A stretch of 64,000 bases of DNA from an uncultured Pseudomonadota bacterium (GTDB lineage Bacteria > Myxococcota_A > Polyangia > Fen-1088): NCBI GenBank assembly GCA_963847705.1, contig CAWKBC010000014.1, positions 256,001 to 320,000 on the forward strand. The letters run 5' to 3'. Both the position numbers and the translations under genes were made by a program. Shown here piece after piece: positions 38,413 through 47,644 of the stretch. Every line of letters starts with the position of its first letter. The first letter of the stretch is position 1. The notes under the pieces were generated by a model. It did no database searches. It worked only from the letters and a program-made list of their open reading frames with translations, and had not been told where the DNA came from.

Positions 38413-39370
38413 GAACGAACGCCTTCGGATCGGAGTCTCGGCGTGTCTGCTCGGGCGCGAGGTTCGCTTCGACGGCCAGCACAAGCGGGACGCCTTCCTG
38501 GTCGACGCGCTCGGACCCTTCGTCGAGTTCGTCCCGGTCTGCCCCGAGGTCGAAGTGGGGATGTCGATTCCGCGCGAGCCGGTGCGCCTCGTCGGCGCGG
38601 CGCGAAGCCCGCACATGCTCGGCCAGAAATCCGGGGACGACTGGACCACACGCATGACGACGTTTTCCGAGCGCCGGGTCGGCGCGCTCGCCCGAGAGGG
38701 CCTGTCCGGCTACGTGCTGAAGAAGGACTCGCCGAGCTGCGGGCTTTCGCGCGTGAAGCTCTACCCGTCCGGGGACCCCGACGCCACGCCGGACCGCGTG
38801 GGGCAGGGGCTGTTCGCGGCGGCGCTGACCCGGGCGTTCCCGCATCTGCCGATTGAAGAAGAGGGCCGGCTCAACGACGCCCACCTCCGAGAGAGCTTCA
38901 TCGAGCGGGTGTTCGCCTACCACCGATTGCAGAGCCTGTGGGCGACGCGCTGGACGCTGCGGTCGCTCATCGCCTTTCACACCGCCAACAAGATGTCTCT
39001 GCTCTCGCATGACGAGCCTGGATACCGGCGCCTCGGGCGCCTGGTGGCCGTCGCCAAGTCGCTTCCCCGAGGCGAGTTGCGCGAGCGTTACGAGGCCGGT
39101 TTCATGACCACGCTCGAGAAGCTGGCAACGCCGGGAGGTCACGTCAACGTGATGACCCACATGCTGGGCCACTTCACGGATCGGTTGGAGCCGGTCGCCC
39201 GCCAGGAGCTGCTCGGCGTCGTCGAAGACTACCGGCGCGGCCTGGTTCCGTTGATCGCGCCGCTGACGCTGGTTCGCCACTACGTCCGAACGTTGAAGGT
39301 GGAGTACCTCCTCGGCCAGACCTATCTCGACCCACACCCGAAAGAGCTGATGCTGCGGAACCGCGTCTGA
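38411..39370 (+). CDS. ybgA: YbgA family protein (DUF523 + DUF1722)
   Basis: IGVSACLLG..VRFDG.HK, VCPEVE.G, KKDSPSCG, EEEGRL and YLDPHPKELMLRN. Confidence 0.92.
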   Translation: MNERLRIGVSACLLGREVRFDGQHKRDAFLVDALGPFVEFVPVCPEVEVGMSIPREPVRLVGAARSPHMLGQKSGDDWTTRMTTFSERRVGALAREGLSGYVLKKDSPSCGLSRVKLYPSGDPDATPDRVGQGLFAAALTRAFPHLPIEEEGRLNDAHLRESFIERVFAYHRLQSLWATRWTLRSLIAFHTANKMSLLSHDEPGYRRLGRLVAVAKSLPRGELRERYEAGFMTTLEKLATPGGHVNVMTHMLGHFTDRLEPVARQELLGVVEDYRRGLVPLIAPLTLVRHYVRTLKVEYLLGQTYLDPHPKELMLRNRV

Positions 39371-39380
39371 GGCCGGTCGA

Positions 39381-40579
39381 GTCACGCGGTCGGCCCCTTC
39401 GACGAACCCGGCGAAGGCGGCCGGGGCGTTCCACCGCGCGAACTCGTCGCCCAAGCGGCCCGCGTTCTGCGTGTACGACGGTTCGGAGACCAGGCGGGCG
39501 AGGGTGTCGGCGAGAAGCTGGCGCGTCAGCGTTCCCGACCGCAGCAAAATCCCGGCACCCGCGTCCTGGATCGCCGTCATGGCCAGGTGCTGATCGAGGT
39601 TGGCGGCGATCCCCAGGACCGGTCGCCCCTCGGCGAGCGCCTGGTAACCGGTGGTGCTGCCGCCGTTCGAGACGACCAGCGCCGCGCGGCGGGCCGCGAG
39701 ATGCCCGGGGAGGTAATCAGCGACGTGGACGTGCCGGGGAAGGGCGCCCAGTTGCGACCGGCCTGCGGTCGCGACCAGGACCTGATACCCGAGCCCGGCG
39801 GCGACATCGACCACCAGCGGGAGACGCTCGATTCGCCCCGACGAGCCGAGCGTCACGTAGATCGTCGGCCGCTGCGGATCGAGGGCGTGCCACCAGGGCG
39901 GCAGCGGAACCGGAGGCGACCAGAGCACCGGCCCGAGGAACTGCTGATGCGCCGGAAGCTTCCGCGTGGGGATCAAGGCCGGGATGTCCGGGAAGAGCGT
40001 GTGGTCGCCGTGCGTGAGCACCTCTGCCAGGCTCCCCAGCGACGGGAGACCGTGCTGCGCGCGGAGCGCGTTGACCGGTCGCGCGAAGTGGCGAAAGACC
40101 GCCGGCAGGGCCTTCGGGAAATAGCGCGAGGCCAGGCGCACCCCCAGGAGGCTCACGATCGGATGCTCGGGGAGCGGAAAGTCCTCGCGGAGCGCGTACG
40201 GGCTCCAGTAGGCGTTGATGAGGGAGACATAACGAATGCCTTCCAGGGCCGCCGAGATTGACAGCGAGAGCCGGAGGTCCCCGATGACCAGCCACGGTCG
40301 GAGCGCCCGGAGCAGCGCCCGCTCTTCGTCGACGTAGCGGCTCAAGGTCCGCCGGCCGTAGATCCGACGGCCCGAGGCCACACGCGCCGCCACGGTCTCG
40401 GGCGACAGCGAGTGGATCCGGTGGCGGGTGAACGCCGTGCCGGCGAAGATCATCTCGTCGAAGCGTGCCGCGGCGAAGTGCACCTCGAAGCGGGCCGGAT
40501 CGAGGGCGCGCGCCAGCGTCGCCAGGCGCACCACCTGCGCCAGCGTGACGGCCTCCGAGACGAAGAGAACGCGGAGCAC
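39381..40579 (-). CDS. GT-B glycosyltransferase (GT1/MGT-like); 3' end uncertain
   Basis: EAVTLAQ, IYVTLGSSG, NGGSTT.YQAL..G.PVL and DQ motifs. Homology ends near 39390, but the frame stays open to 38399. Confidence 0.85.
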
Positions 40580-40585
40580 GGCGGC

Positions 40586-41236
40586 TCAGCGGCAGCGGGC
40601 CAGGGCCTGGGCGGCGAGCTGCTTCCACTCGGCGGCGTCGAGACCGATCGCGGCGAGATCACCGCGGCTCTCCACCGCCAGCGCCAGAGATCGCGCGCGT
40701 CCGCAGTCGCCGTTGTCGGCGAAGAAAGCGGCCGCCAGCGCCTGGTTCCCCGGGAAATCCGGGGCGCGGCCGAGAGCGAGCAGGAAGTAGCTGGTCGCCT
40801 TTCGGGTTGATCCGACGGAGATCAAGGCGGGCGCTTTCCAGTAGAGGTTGCCGAGAGCGCGCGCCGCGGCGGCGTGATCGTATTCGGGGTGCTGCTGCTC
40901 GAGGCGGAGCAGGGTCGCCTCGATGTCGGAGATGACGCCGAGGGCGTGCAGCCGCCCGTGGGTCAGCGCTTCACCCCCCAGATTCGCCGCCAGCCAGAGC
41001 AGCGCGGCCGGATCGTCGGGCCTCTTCTTCAATTGTTCGCGCGCGGCGTCGATCCCCCGCTGGTACGCGCGCCGGGCCTCGCTGTCATTGGGGGCGGCCT
41101 TTCCGGCGCGGTAGGCGCGCTCGGCCTCGCCGGAGATCTCGACGCCCTCGACGCGCTCAGCGCCCATCACCACCACGCCGGCGCTGAGCGCGAGCGAGCT
41201 GGAGAGGATCGCGACTTGCCACGCGCGCCGCCTCAC
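40586..41236 (-). CDS. secreted helical-repeat (TPR/TatT-like) protein
   Basis: Signal peptide, then TPR-like helices ALLWLAANLG and YDHAAAARALGNLYWKAP. Coupled in the crt operon. Confidence 0.7.
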   Translation of the reverse strand: MRRRAWQVAILSSSLALSAGVVVMGAERVEGVEISGEAERAYRAGKAAPNDSEARRAYQRGIDAAREQLKKRPDDPAALLWLAANLGGEALTHGRLHALGVISDIEATLLRLEQQHPEYDHAAAARALGNLYWKAPALISVGSTRKATSYFLLALGRAPDFPGNQALAAAFFADNGDCGRARSLALAVESRGDLAAIGLDAAEWKQLAAQALARCR

Positions 41237-41832
41237 CGGCTGCCTGCCCCGAGCCCGGGCCCGAGCATCCCCCCGAGAGCGGCCAGGGTTTCAGCCACGC
41301 CGGCGTAGCCGCGCCAGTACCAGAGCCACCAGCCGCTCATCATGATGCCGTGGCCGAGCAGGATGAAGACATGGCTCCACATCTCGACCACGTCGGAGCG
41401 ACCGCCGAGATATCGCCGCCAGTGCATCACCTCGTCGACCAGGCTGTAGAGAAACGACAGGATGGTGAGCACCAGCGCCGGGACGGCGTAGCTCGCGCCG
41501 CCCGCGTAGGCGGCGCACAGCAGGACCGAGCTGGCCACACCGGCGCCGATGATGATGTGATGGACCAGCGCCTCGCCGCCGCGGAGCGCTTCTTTGTAGA
41601 TGGTCCGGTGGCCGATGGTGTCGACCGCGATCGCCAGCGTGAAGATCGCCGCCCCGAGCGGCAGCAGCGACGCCTCCGCGGGGAGCGGCGCGGAGGCGCG
41701 ATGCCCCGCCCAGACGAAGCCGCCCGTGGCGAGACAGAGCCCCACCATGAGGCCGACCCAGGCGGCGTAGACGATCCAGTCGACCCGCCTGAACTGCCGG
41801 ATTCGCCCCAGATAAATCCCGAGCTGATTCAT
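41233..41832 (-). CDS. uncharacterised His-containing integral membrane protein
   Basis: About 5 TM helices with DTIGH, LVHH, DEVMHW, EMWSH and GH. Overlaps both crtB and the downstream gene. Confidence 0.8.
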   Translation of the reverse strand: MNQLGIYLGRIRQFRRVDWIVYAAWVGLMVGLCLATGGFVWAGHRASAPLPAEASLLPLGAAIFTLAIAVDTIGHRTIYKEALRGGEALVHHIIIGAGVASSVLLCAAYAGGASYAVPALVLTILSFLYSLVDEVMHWRRYLGGRSDVVEMWSHVFILLGHGIMMSGWWLWYWRGYAGVAETLAALGGMLGPGLGAGSR

Positions 41833-42710
41833 AACGACCGTCGCAGGTCGACACGGCCGCCTCCAACAAGGCCGGCGCAGAGCGTCCACAGAGTGCCGAA
41901 CAGCGCCCGCAGGGCGAGCCAGGTCTTCCGGCCGCGAGAGACCACGGCGCGTCCCGCGCGAACATCGAAGTGGCGGCGGGCGATCACCCGTCCTAGCTCG
42001 GCGTAGATGAGGCGCGCCGCCCGGATCCCGATCGCGCAGCGCACGGGCAGGGCGGTTAGGCCGGCGTCCGCCGAGGCGTAGAATTCGTCCGCCCGGCGTA
42101 GAAGCTCCGCCACCGCGCGGGGGACCTCGCCCTGCGGATCGCCAGGCCGCCGGCAGGCCTCCAGCACATCCTTCGGAAGGTAGACCCGATTCCGGCGCTC
42201 GTCTTCGGCGACGTCGCGGCAAATGTTGGTCAGCTGCATCGCGACGCCGAGGTCGACCGCCCGCCGCAACACGGACCAGTTCCGTACCCCCATCACGTGC
42301 GCCATCATGAGGCCGACGGTGCCGGCCGCCCGATAGCAATAGAGCAGGAGCTCGTCGAAGGTCTGGTAGCGGACCTCGCCTACGTCCATCGCCATGCCGT
42401 CGACGAGTTCCTCGGCGTAGCGCCGCGGGATCGCGTGCCGCCGCACGACCTCCTGGAACCCGGCGAGCACCGGATCGTTCTCGACGCCGCCACCGTAGAT
42501 TCGCGCGAGCTCGGCGCGCAGCTGTACGACGGCGGCCGCGCGCGCGTCCGCGTTGCGTGGTCCGTCGACGGCGTCGTCGCACCGGCGACACCAGGCGTAG
42601 AGCGCCGCTGCGTCGTCGCGGCACCAGGGCGGCAAGAGCCGCCCGGCGAACGCGAAGCTCTTCGAGTGATGCGCGAGGATTCGGTGCGCGGTCAGTCTGC
42701 GGGTCATCAC
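41829..42710 (-). CDS. crtB: phytoene synthase
   Basis: SKSF, LYAWCRRCDDAVD, YCYRAAGTVG and AMQLTNICRDV.ED...RVYLP. Confidence 0.95.
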   Translation of the reverse strand: MMTRRLTAHRILAHHSKSFAFAGRLLPPWCRDDAAALYAWCRRCDDAVDGPRNADARAAAVVQLRAELARIYGGGVENDPVLAGFQEVVRRHAIPRRYAEELVDGMAMDVGEVRYQTFDELLLYCYRAAGTVGLMMAHVMGVRNWSVLRRAVDLGVAMQLTNICRDVAEDERRNRVYLPKDVLEACRRPGDPQGEVPRAVAELLRRADEFYASADAGLTALPVRCAIGIRAARLIYAELGRVIARRHFDVRAGRAVVSRGRKTWLALRALFGTLWTLCAGLVGGGRVDLRRSL

Positions 42711-44215
42711 GCCGCCGCCGTCCGTTGCCAGCCGAGATCTCCCAGCACCAGGCGCGTCGTCGCCTTCGCCGAGTTGATGACGCCCGGAACGCCCGCTCCT
42801 GGGTGCGTCCCCGCGCCGACGATGTAGAGCCCCGGGATCTCCGGGTCCCGGTTGTGAGGGCGGAAGTAGGCGCTTTGGGCCAAACGCGGCGCGACCGAGA
42901 AGGCCGAGCCCTGGAAGGCGTTCAGCTGGTCTCGAAAGTCGACCGGCGTGAACACGCGCCGAACGACGATCTTCTGCCGCAGCCCCGGCAGCACCGTCTC
43001 GAGGCCCGCCAGGATCCGCTCGGCGTATCCCGCCGATTCACGCTCCCAGTCGATCGCCGCCGCCCCCAGATGGGGCACCGGCGCGAGCACGTAGAACGAC
43101 TCGCAGCCCGGGGGCGCCAGGCTGGGATCGGTCACGGTCGGCTGGTGCAGGTAGAGGCTGAAGTCGGGCGGGAGGTCCGGCCCGTGGAAGATCTCGTGCA
43201 GCATCTCCCGGTAGCGCGGGCCGAAGAGGACCGTGTGGTGCGCCATGCCGGGGTAGCGGCGGCGCGTCCCGAAGTAGATGACGAACAACGACATCGACCA
43301 GTCCATGCGCTCCAGTTTTTGGGTCCGGCGCGCGGCCCCGGCCTCGCCCCGGTAGAGGTGGTCGTAGGTGTGGTGGAGATCGGCGTTGGAGACGACGGCG
43401 TCAAACAGCTCCTCGCTTCCGCCCGACCTCACCGCGTGAACCGCCGTACCTCCGCGCGCTTCGACACGCACCCCGTCGACGGGGCTCGACAACCGCAGCT
43501 CGCCCCCGAGCCGCTGGTAGAGCTCGACGAACCCGTTCACCAGCGCGCCCGTTCCGCCGCGCGGGAAGAAGACCCCCCACTTGTGCTCGAGGAAGGGAAT
43601 CAACGTGTAGATCGCGCTCGTCTCGAACGGATTGCCCCCGATCAACAGCGCGTGGAACGACAGCGCCTGTCGCAGCCGCTCGTCCTTCACGAACCGGCTG
43701 ACGGCAGCGTAGACCGAGCGATCGGCGCGCAGCCGCGCCAGCTGGGGGGCAACCCGCACCATGTCGGCGAAGCGCAGGAAGGCGGTGTCGACCAGCCCTT
43801 CATAGCCGGCCTCGAACACGCGGCGGCTGTAGTCCATGAACCGGTCGAACCCGTCCCGATCGCCGGGGGCCAGGGCCGCAACCTCGGCGCGCATGGCCGC
43901 CGCATCGCCGCCGTAGTCGAACCTGGTCCCGTCGGGCCATTGCAGCCGGTAGAACGGGCGGACCGGGTCCAGCGTGACGTGGTCGGCCATCCGCTCACCC
44001 GCCAGCGCGAACAGCTCCTCGAGGCAATGCGGAGCGGTGATGACGGTCGGCCCGGCGTCGAAGGTGAAACCCTGGTCTCGATAAACATAGGCGCGGCCAC
44101 CCGGTCGATCCCGCGCCTCGTACATGATGGTTCGCACGCCCGCCGCCTGCAGGCGGATGCCGGCCGCCAGCCCGCCGAACCCGCTCCCGACGATCGCCAC
44201 CCGCGCTTCATCCAT
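42707..44215 (-). CDS. crtI: phytoene desaturase
   Basis: GSGFGG Rossmann motif, FDAGPTVIT, FHALLIGGNPF and VGAGTHPGAGVPGV. Confidence 0.96.
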   Translation of the reverse strand: MDEARVAIVGSGFGGLAAGIRLQAAGVRTIMYEARDRPGGRAYVYRDQGFTFDAGPTVITAPHCLEELFALAGERMADHVTLDPVRPFYRLQWPDGTRFDYGGDAAAMRAEVAALAPGDRDGFDRFMDYSRRVFEAGYEGLVDTAFLRFADMVRVAPQLARLRADRSVYAAVSRFVKDERLRQALSFHALLIGGNPFETSAIYTLIPFLEHKWGVFFPRGGTGALVNGFVELYQRLGGELRLSSPVDGVRVEARGGTAVHAVRSGGSEELFDAVVSNADLHHTYDHLYRGEAGAARRTQKLERMDWSMSLFVIYFGTRRRYPGMAHHTVLFGPRYREMLHEIFHGPDLPPDFSLYLHQPTVTDPSLAPPGCESFYVLAPVPHLGAAAIDWERESAGYAERILAGLETVLPGLRQKIVVRRVFTPVDFRDQLNAFQGSAFSVAPRLAQSAYFRPHNRDPEIPGLYIVGAGTHPGAGVPGVINSAKATTRLVLGDLGWQRTAAA

Positions 44216-45299
44216 AGGAGACCTCCAGCCTTTCGATCTCGCTGGCCAGCAGTCCCAGCTCGTCGCGGTCGCCCACCCGTTTCCGCAGCTCGCGAAGGGC
44301 GTCGTCGAGATAGGCGGCTGCTTGCCGGCGTCCCTTCATCCCCACGGCGATGCGGAGCTCTGCCGCCAGCACCCGCGCCCGCGTGCCGTCGGGGTCTCCG
44401 CCTTCGCAGAGCGCACGGGCGCTCGCCTGCAGCTGCGAAAATGCGGAGCCGTCCAGATCGATCGCCGCGTGCGCCCAGGGCCAGGTCGGCCGGTCGTTGC
44501 GCAGGTCCTCGAGCGCCTTGGTGTCGGTTGCCTCGGGCGTGGGCGCGGTGAGATTGCCGAAGTCGTCGAGCATCTGCAGACCGAGCCCCATCCGCCGGCC
44601 AAACTGGGCGAGCGCTTCAGTCCGATCGGCAGGCGCCCCCGCGGCGAGGGCACCGGCGACGGCCGCCAGCTCCATGAGCGCGCCCGTCTTCAACATCGTG
44701 CTGGTCGCGACGGTCCGATAGATCAGCGCGCGGGGCATCCGCGCGATCGAGATCGAAAGGTCGAGCGCCTGTCCCAGGTGGCCGCGGTGGAGCGCCTCCG
44801 CCACGGCGTCGTGGATCCGACCGCGCGCGGCGCGCGGCAACGGAAGCCGATTCACCATATTCAACGCCCAGAAGTACATCCAGGTCCCGGTGTTGAGCGT
44901 GCGGGGGACACCGTGCACCAGGTGCACCGCGGCGGCGCCTCGCCGGAGCTTCGAGCCGTCTTCGATGTCGTCGACGATGAGGCTCCCCGCGTGAACGATC
45001 TCGACGAGCGCGGGGAGAAGCGCGGGCACCTGGCCCGGTCCGTCGCCCAGCCGCCACCCGAGCTCGCACATCCGGGCCCGGAACTGCCGGCTGGGACGCC
45101 CGAGGATGTCGCGCGCCACGTCGCCCAGCGCCCGATCCCACACCGCCCGCGGCAAGGCGGGCCCGGTCGGCGTCGCCGGCCGCTCGGGCCAGTCCTCCAC
45201 GTGGGCGGCGCGCTCGAGCGCGCTCGAGGAGAGCGCCTCGTCGACCAGCGCCGGCAGGCCAGTCGCCGCCGGCGTCATTTGCCGCGGGCGCGCGCTCAT
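44208..45299 (-). CDS. crtE: geranylgeranyl diphosphate synthase (polyprenyl synthetase)
   Basis: HAGSLIVDDIED..LRRG (FARM), GQALD, KT and QMLDD (SARM), located in the crt operon. Confidence 0.88.
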   Translation of the reverse strand: MSARPRQMTPAATGLPALVDEALSSSALERAAHVEDWPERPATPTGPALPRAVWDRALGDVARDILGRPSRQFRARMCELGWRLGDGPGQVPALLPALVEIVHAGSLIVDDIEDGSKLRRGAAAVHLVHGVPRTLNTGTWMYFWALNMVNRLPLPRAARGRIHDAVAEALHRGHLGQALDLSISIARMPRALIYRTVATSTMLKTGALMELAAVAGALAAGAPADRTEALAQFGRRMGLGLQMLDDFGNLTAPTPEATDTKALEDLRNDRPTWPWAHAAIDLDGSAFSQLQASARALCEGGDPDGTRARVLAAELRIAVGMKGRRQAAAYLDDALRELRKRVGDRDELGLLASEIERLEVSYG

Positions 45300-46465
45300 C
45301 CGCCCACCGCCTGCGCGCCCAGCAGATGTCGCCAGGACAGACCACCCGGCGGGCGACCGACCAGGATCCGCGCGCGGTCCCCCCAGGTGCTGGCCGAAGC
45401 GTAGAAGCGCGCGATCGTCGCCGCGGGGAGACGATAGAAACGGTCGAGCGCGGTCCAGCGGGAGGCGGGCGGCATCGCCTCGAACATCAGCCGATTGAGG
45501 AGTTGGCCGAACCGGCGCTGTGATTCGAGCTGGCGAGCGATCGCGCACACCGCGGTCGTCGTTTCGTCAGGCGTCCGCGCTTTGGCCACCGCCAGCGCCA
45601 CCCGCGCCGCGAGTGGGAGCGAGTATCCCGTCACCGGGTGGAAGAACCCGCCGCGGTACCCGACCGCCAGCGGGGCGCCGGCACGCGGCAGGTCGAGCTC
45701 ACCGTCGAGCGGCAGTGGGAGCACGCCGCTCTCTCGGCGCAGAACGCGGGTGACGGTGGCGCCGTGAGCAGTCACGTACGCCAGAATCCGGCGCTCGACC
45801 TCGAGGGCGTCGAGCCACGGACTGGTGCTGTACATCGTGTCTTCGACCAGCACGTGGCGGGCGGAGAACGGGAGCAGGTAGACGAACCGGTAGCCGTCGC
45901 TCTGCGAAACCGTCGCGTCCATCAGCAGCGGCAGCGTCCAGGGGCCGTCCGCCTGCAGCGCCAGCTCGAGGCCCACGAACTTCTGGTAGCCGGCGCGCGG
46001 CGGCGGCGCGGCTGGATCCGGTCCGCGCGCGTCGATCACCACGCGACCGCGAACCAGCGATTCGTCTTCAAGCCGGACCAGAGACGAGCCCACGGCAGCG
46101 ACCCGCCGGTCGAGGAGAAGACGAACCCCGGCCTCGGCGAGCCGGGAGGTGACCACCTCGGCGAACCTCTCGCTGGTGACTGTTGCGTAGCCCTCTTCGA
46201 GCAGGCGGTGGTGGCCCGGGAACCGCACCTCGTGCTGCGCCCATTGCCGCACCACCAGCGGCGCCACCAAGACCCGTTCCGCTGCACCGAGGTCGCTCAG
46301 ATGAAACGACCAGGTGTGATTTCCGCCGAGGCGCGGCTCGCGATCGATCAGCGTGACCTGCGCGCCCCGGCCCGCGTTCGCCAGCGCCAGCGCGATGAGC
46401 CCGCCCGCGAGCCCACCGCCGACAATCACATGGTCCGTTGCGCACTTTTCCGGCCGGCGTTCCAT
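45296..46465 (-). CDS. crtY: lycopene beta-cyclase (CrtY type)
   Basis: GGGLAG, GGNHTWSFH, YQKFVG, LMDATV.Q.DGYRFVY, LVEDT.Y, E.GVLP and FHPVTGYSLP. Confidence 0.95.
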   Translation of the reverse strand: MERRPEKCATDHVIVGGGLAGGLIALALANAGRGAQVTLIDREPRLGGNHTWSFHLSDLGAAERVLVAPLVVRQWAQHEVRFPGHHRLLEEGYATVTSERFAEVVTSRLAEAGVRLLLDRRVAAVGSSLVRLEDESLVRGRVVIDARGPDPAAPPPRAGYQKFVGLELALQADGPWTLPLLMDATVSQSDGYRFVYLLPFSARHVLVEDTMYSTSPWLDALEVERRILAYVTAHGATVTRVLRRESGVLPLPLDGELDLPRAGAPLAVGYRGGFFHPVTGYSLPLAARVALAVAKARTPDETTTAVCAIARQLESQRRFGQLLNRLMFEAMPPASRWTALDRFYRLPAATIARFYASASTWGDRARILVGRPPGGLSWRHLLGAQAVGG

Positions 46466-46504
46466 CGAGGTCCCCCCCGCTGAACGCACGAGCGCCGCGA
46501 ACGG

Positions 46505-46996
46505 TTACGCCAATGCCGTCTCGATCGCGGCGCGGCGAAAGTCGAAGATGCGACGGAGCTGCCGCGCGACGAACAGCCGACGGGCCAGCTCGCCGAGCGG
46601 ACCGAACGGAAGCTCGTACTCGACGCGGTCGCGAACCAGCGTCCCGCCGCCCGGCGCGTCGGAGAACGTGTGCGAATGCCGCCAGCTGCGATAAGGCCCC
46701 TTCGCCTGCACATCCACGAACCCCGACTCCGGCGAGCTCGGCAAGCTCGGCGAGTTCGGCAAGTTCGGCTCGAAAGACTCGATCAGCGTGCGCCACTGGA
46801 ACTTCAGACCGAACAGCGAGAGCTGGTAATCGATGGTGGCACCGGCGCGCATCGCGATCGGCTGGGGGCTGCGGATCACGAAGTGCAGCGACTCGGGCGT
46901 GATGCGCTCGAGGTTCGCAGGGTCAGCGAAGAAGGCGAACACCTCGCTTCGCGCCCGCCGGATGAGCTGCTCCTGTTCGAAGAGGTGCTTCATCAC
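46505..46996 (-). CDS. SRPBCC family protein
   Basis: VFAFFADPANLERITP, FVDVQ.KGPY..W.HSH.F and RDRVEYELPFG. First gene of the crt operon. Confidence 0.92.
   Translation of the reverse strand: MMKHLFEQEQLIRRARSEVFAFFADPANLERITPESLHFVIRSPQPIAMRAGATIDYQLSLFGLKFQWRTLIESFEPNLPNSPSLPSSPESGFVDVQAKGPYRSWRHSHTFSDAPGGGTLVRDRVEYELPFGPLGELARRLFVARQLRRIFDFRRAAIETALA
46731..46769. repeat. in-frame 9-bp tandem repeat (4 units)
   Basis: ggcgagctc/ggcaagctc/ggcgagttc/ggcaagttc, encoding a PNLPNSPSLPSSP insertion in the SRPBCC gene. Confidence 0.75.
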
Positions 46997-47001
46997 CTCA
47001 G

Positions 47002-47030
47002 AACGTCCGAGAGGCGCGAAGAGTTACAGG
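47002..47030 (-). promoter_or_regulatory. ECF sigma promoter for the crt operon
   Basis: Minus strand CCTGTAAC-N17-CGTT, immediately before the SRPBCC start codon. Confidence 0.7.
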
Positions 47031-47043
47031 TCGGGCGCGCCAT

Positions 47044-47072
47044 CCTGTTACCGTTCGAGGGGCTCGTGCGTA
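47044..47072 (+). promoter_or_regulatory. ECF sigma autoregulatory promoter
   Basis: CCTGTTAC-N17-CGTA, matching the divergent copy in both boxes and spacing. Confidence 0.7.
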
Positions 47073-47086
47073 CGAGCGAGGGAACG

Positions 47087-47644
47087 GTGCAGGAACCGGA
47101 GCAGGACCGGGAGTCGGATGACGCCTTGATGGTGCGGTTCTGCCGTGGCGACGAGGCCGCGTTCGGGGTCCTCTATGACCGCTACGCGCCTCAGCTGGAG
47201 GCGTTCCTGCGCCGCCTCGTCCGGGATCAGACCTTGGCAGAAGACCTCTTGCAGACGACCTTCCTCTCGTTCGTCCGGGCGCGCGGGCGTTACGTGGCGT
47301 CGGCCGGGCTGCGCGCCTGGATCTTCTCGATCGCCGCGAACGCCGGGCGCGACGCGCTCAGGCGCCGGGGCGCGCGGCGTGAGGACGCGCTAGGCGCCGA
47401 GATCGGCAACATCGGAGAGGCCCCCGCCGCCCTGTCCGACCCGCCCCTGGCCCGGGCCATCGAGGAGGCGCTCCGACAGCTCCCCGAGGATCAACGCGAG
47501 GCCGTGTTGCTCCACAAGATGCATGGACTCTCGTTCCCGGAGGTCGCCTCGGCGCTGGGGACGACCGTGGGTGCTGCCAAGGTGCGGGCGCATCGCGGCT
47601 ACCAACGACTGAAGTTGCTGCTCGCACCACTGGAGAATGTATGA
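47087..47644 (+). CDS. ECF RNA polymerase sigma factor (CarQ-like)
   Basis: GDEAAF..LYDRY, AEDLLQTTF, WIFSIAAN and LPEDQREAVLLH...EVA..LG...GAAKVRAHRG. Divergent from the crt genes. Confidence 0.92.
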   Translation: MQEPEQDRESDDALMVRFCRGDEAAFGVLYDRYAPQLEAFLRRLVRDQTLAEDLLQTTFLSFVRARGRYVASAGLRAWIFSIAANAGRDALRRRGARREDALGAEIGNIGEAPAALSDPPLARAIEEALRQLPEDQREAVLLHKMHGLSFPEVASALGTTVGAAKVRAHRGYQRLKLLLAPLENV

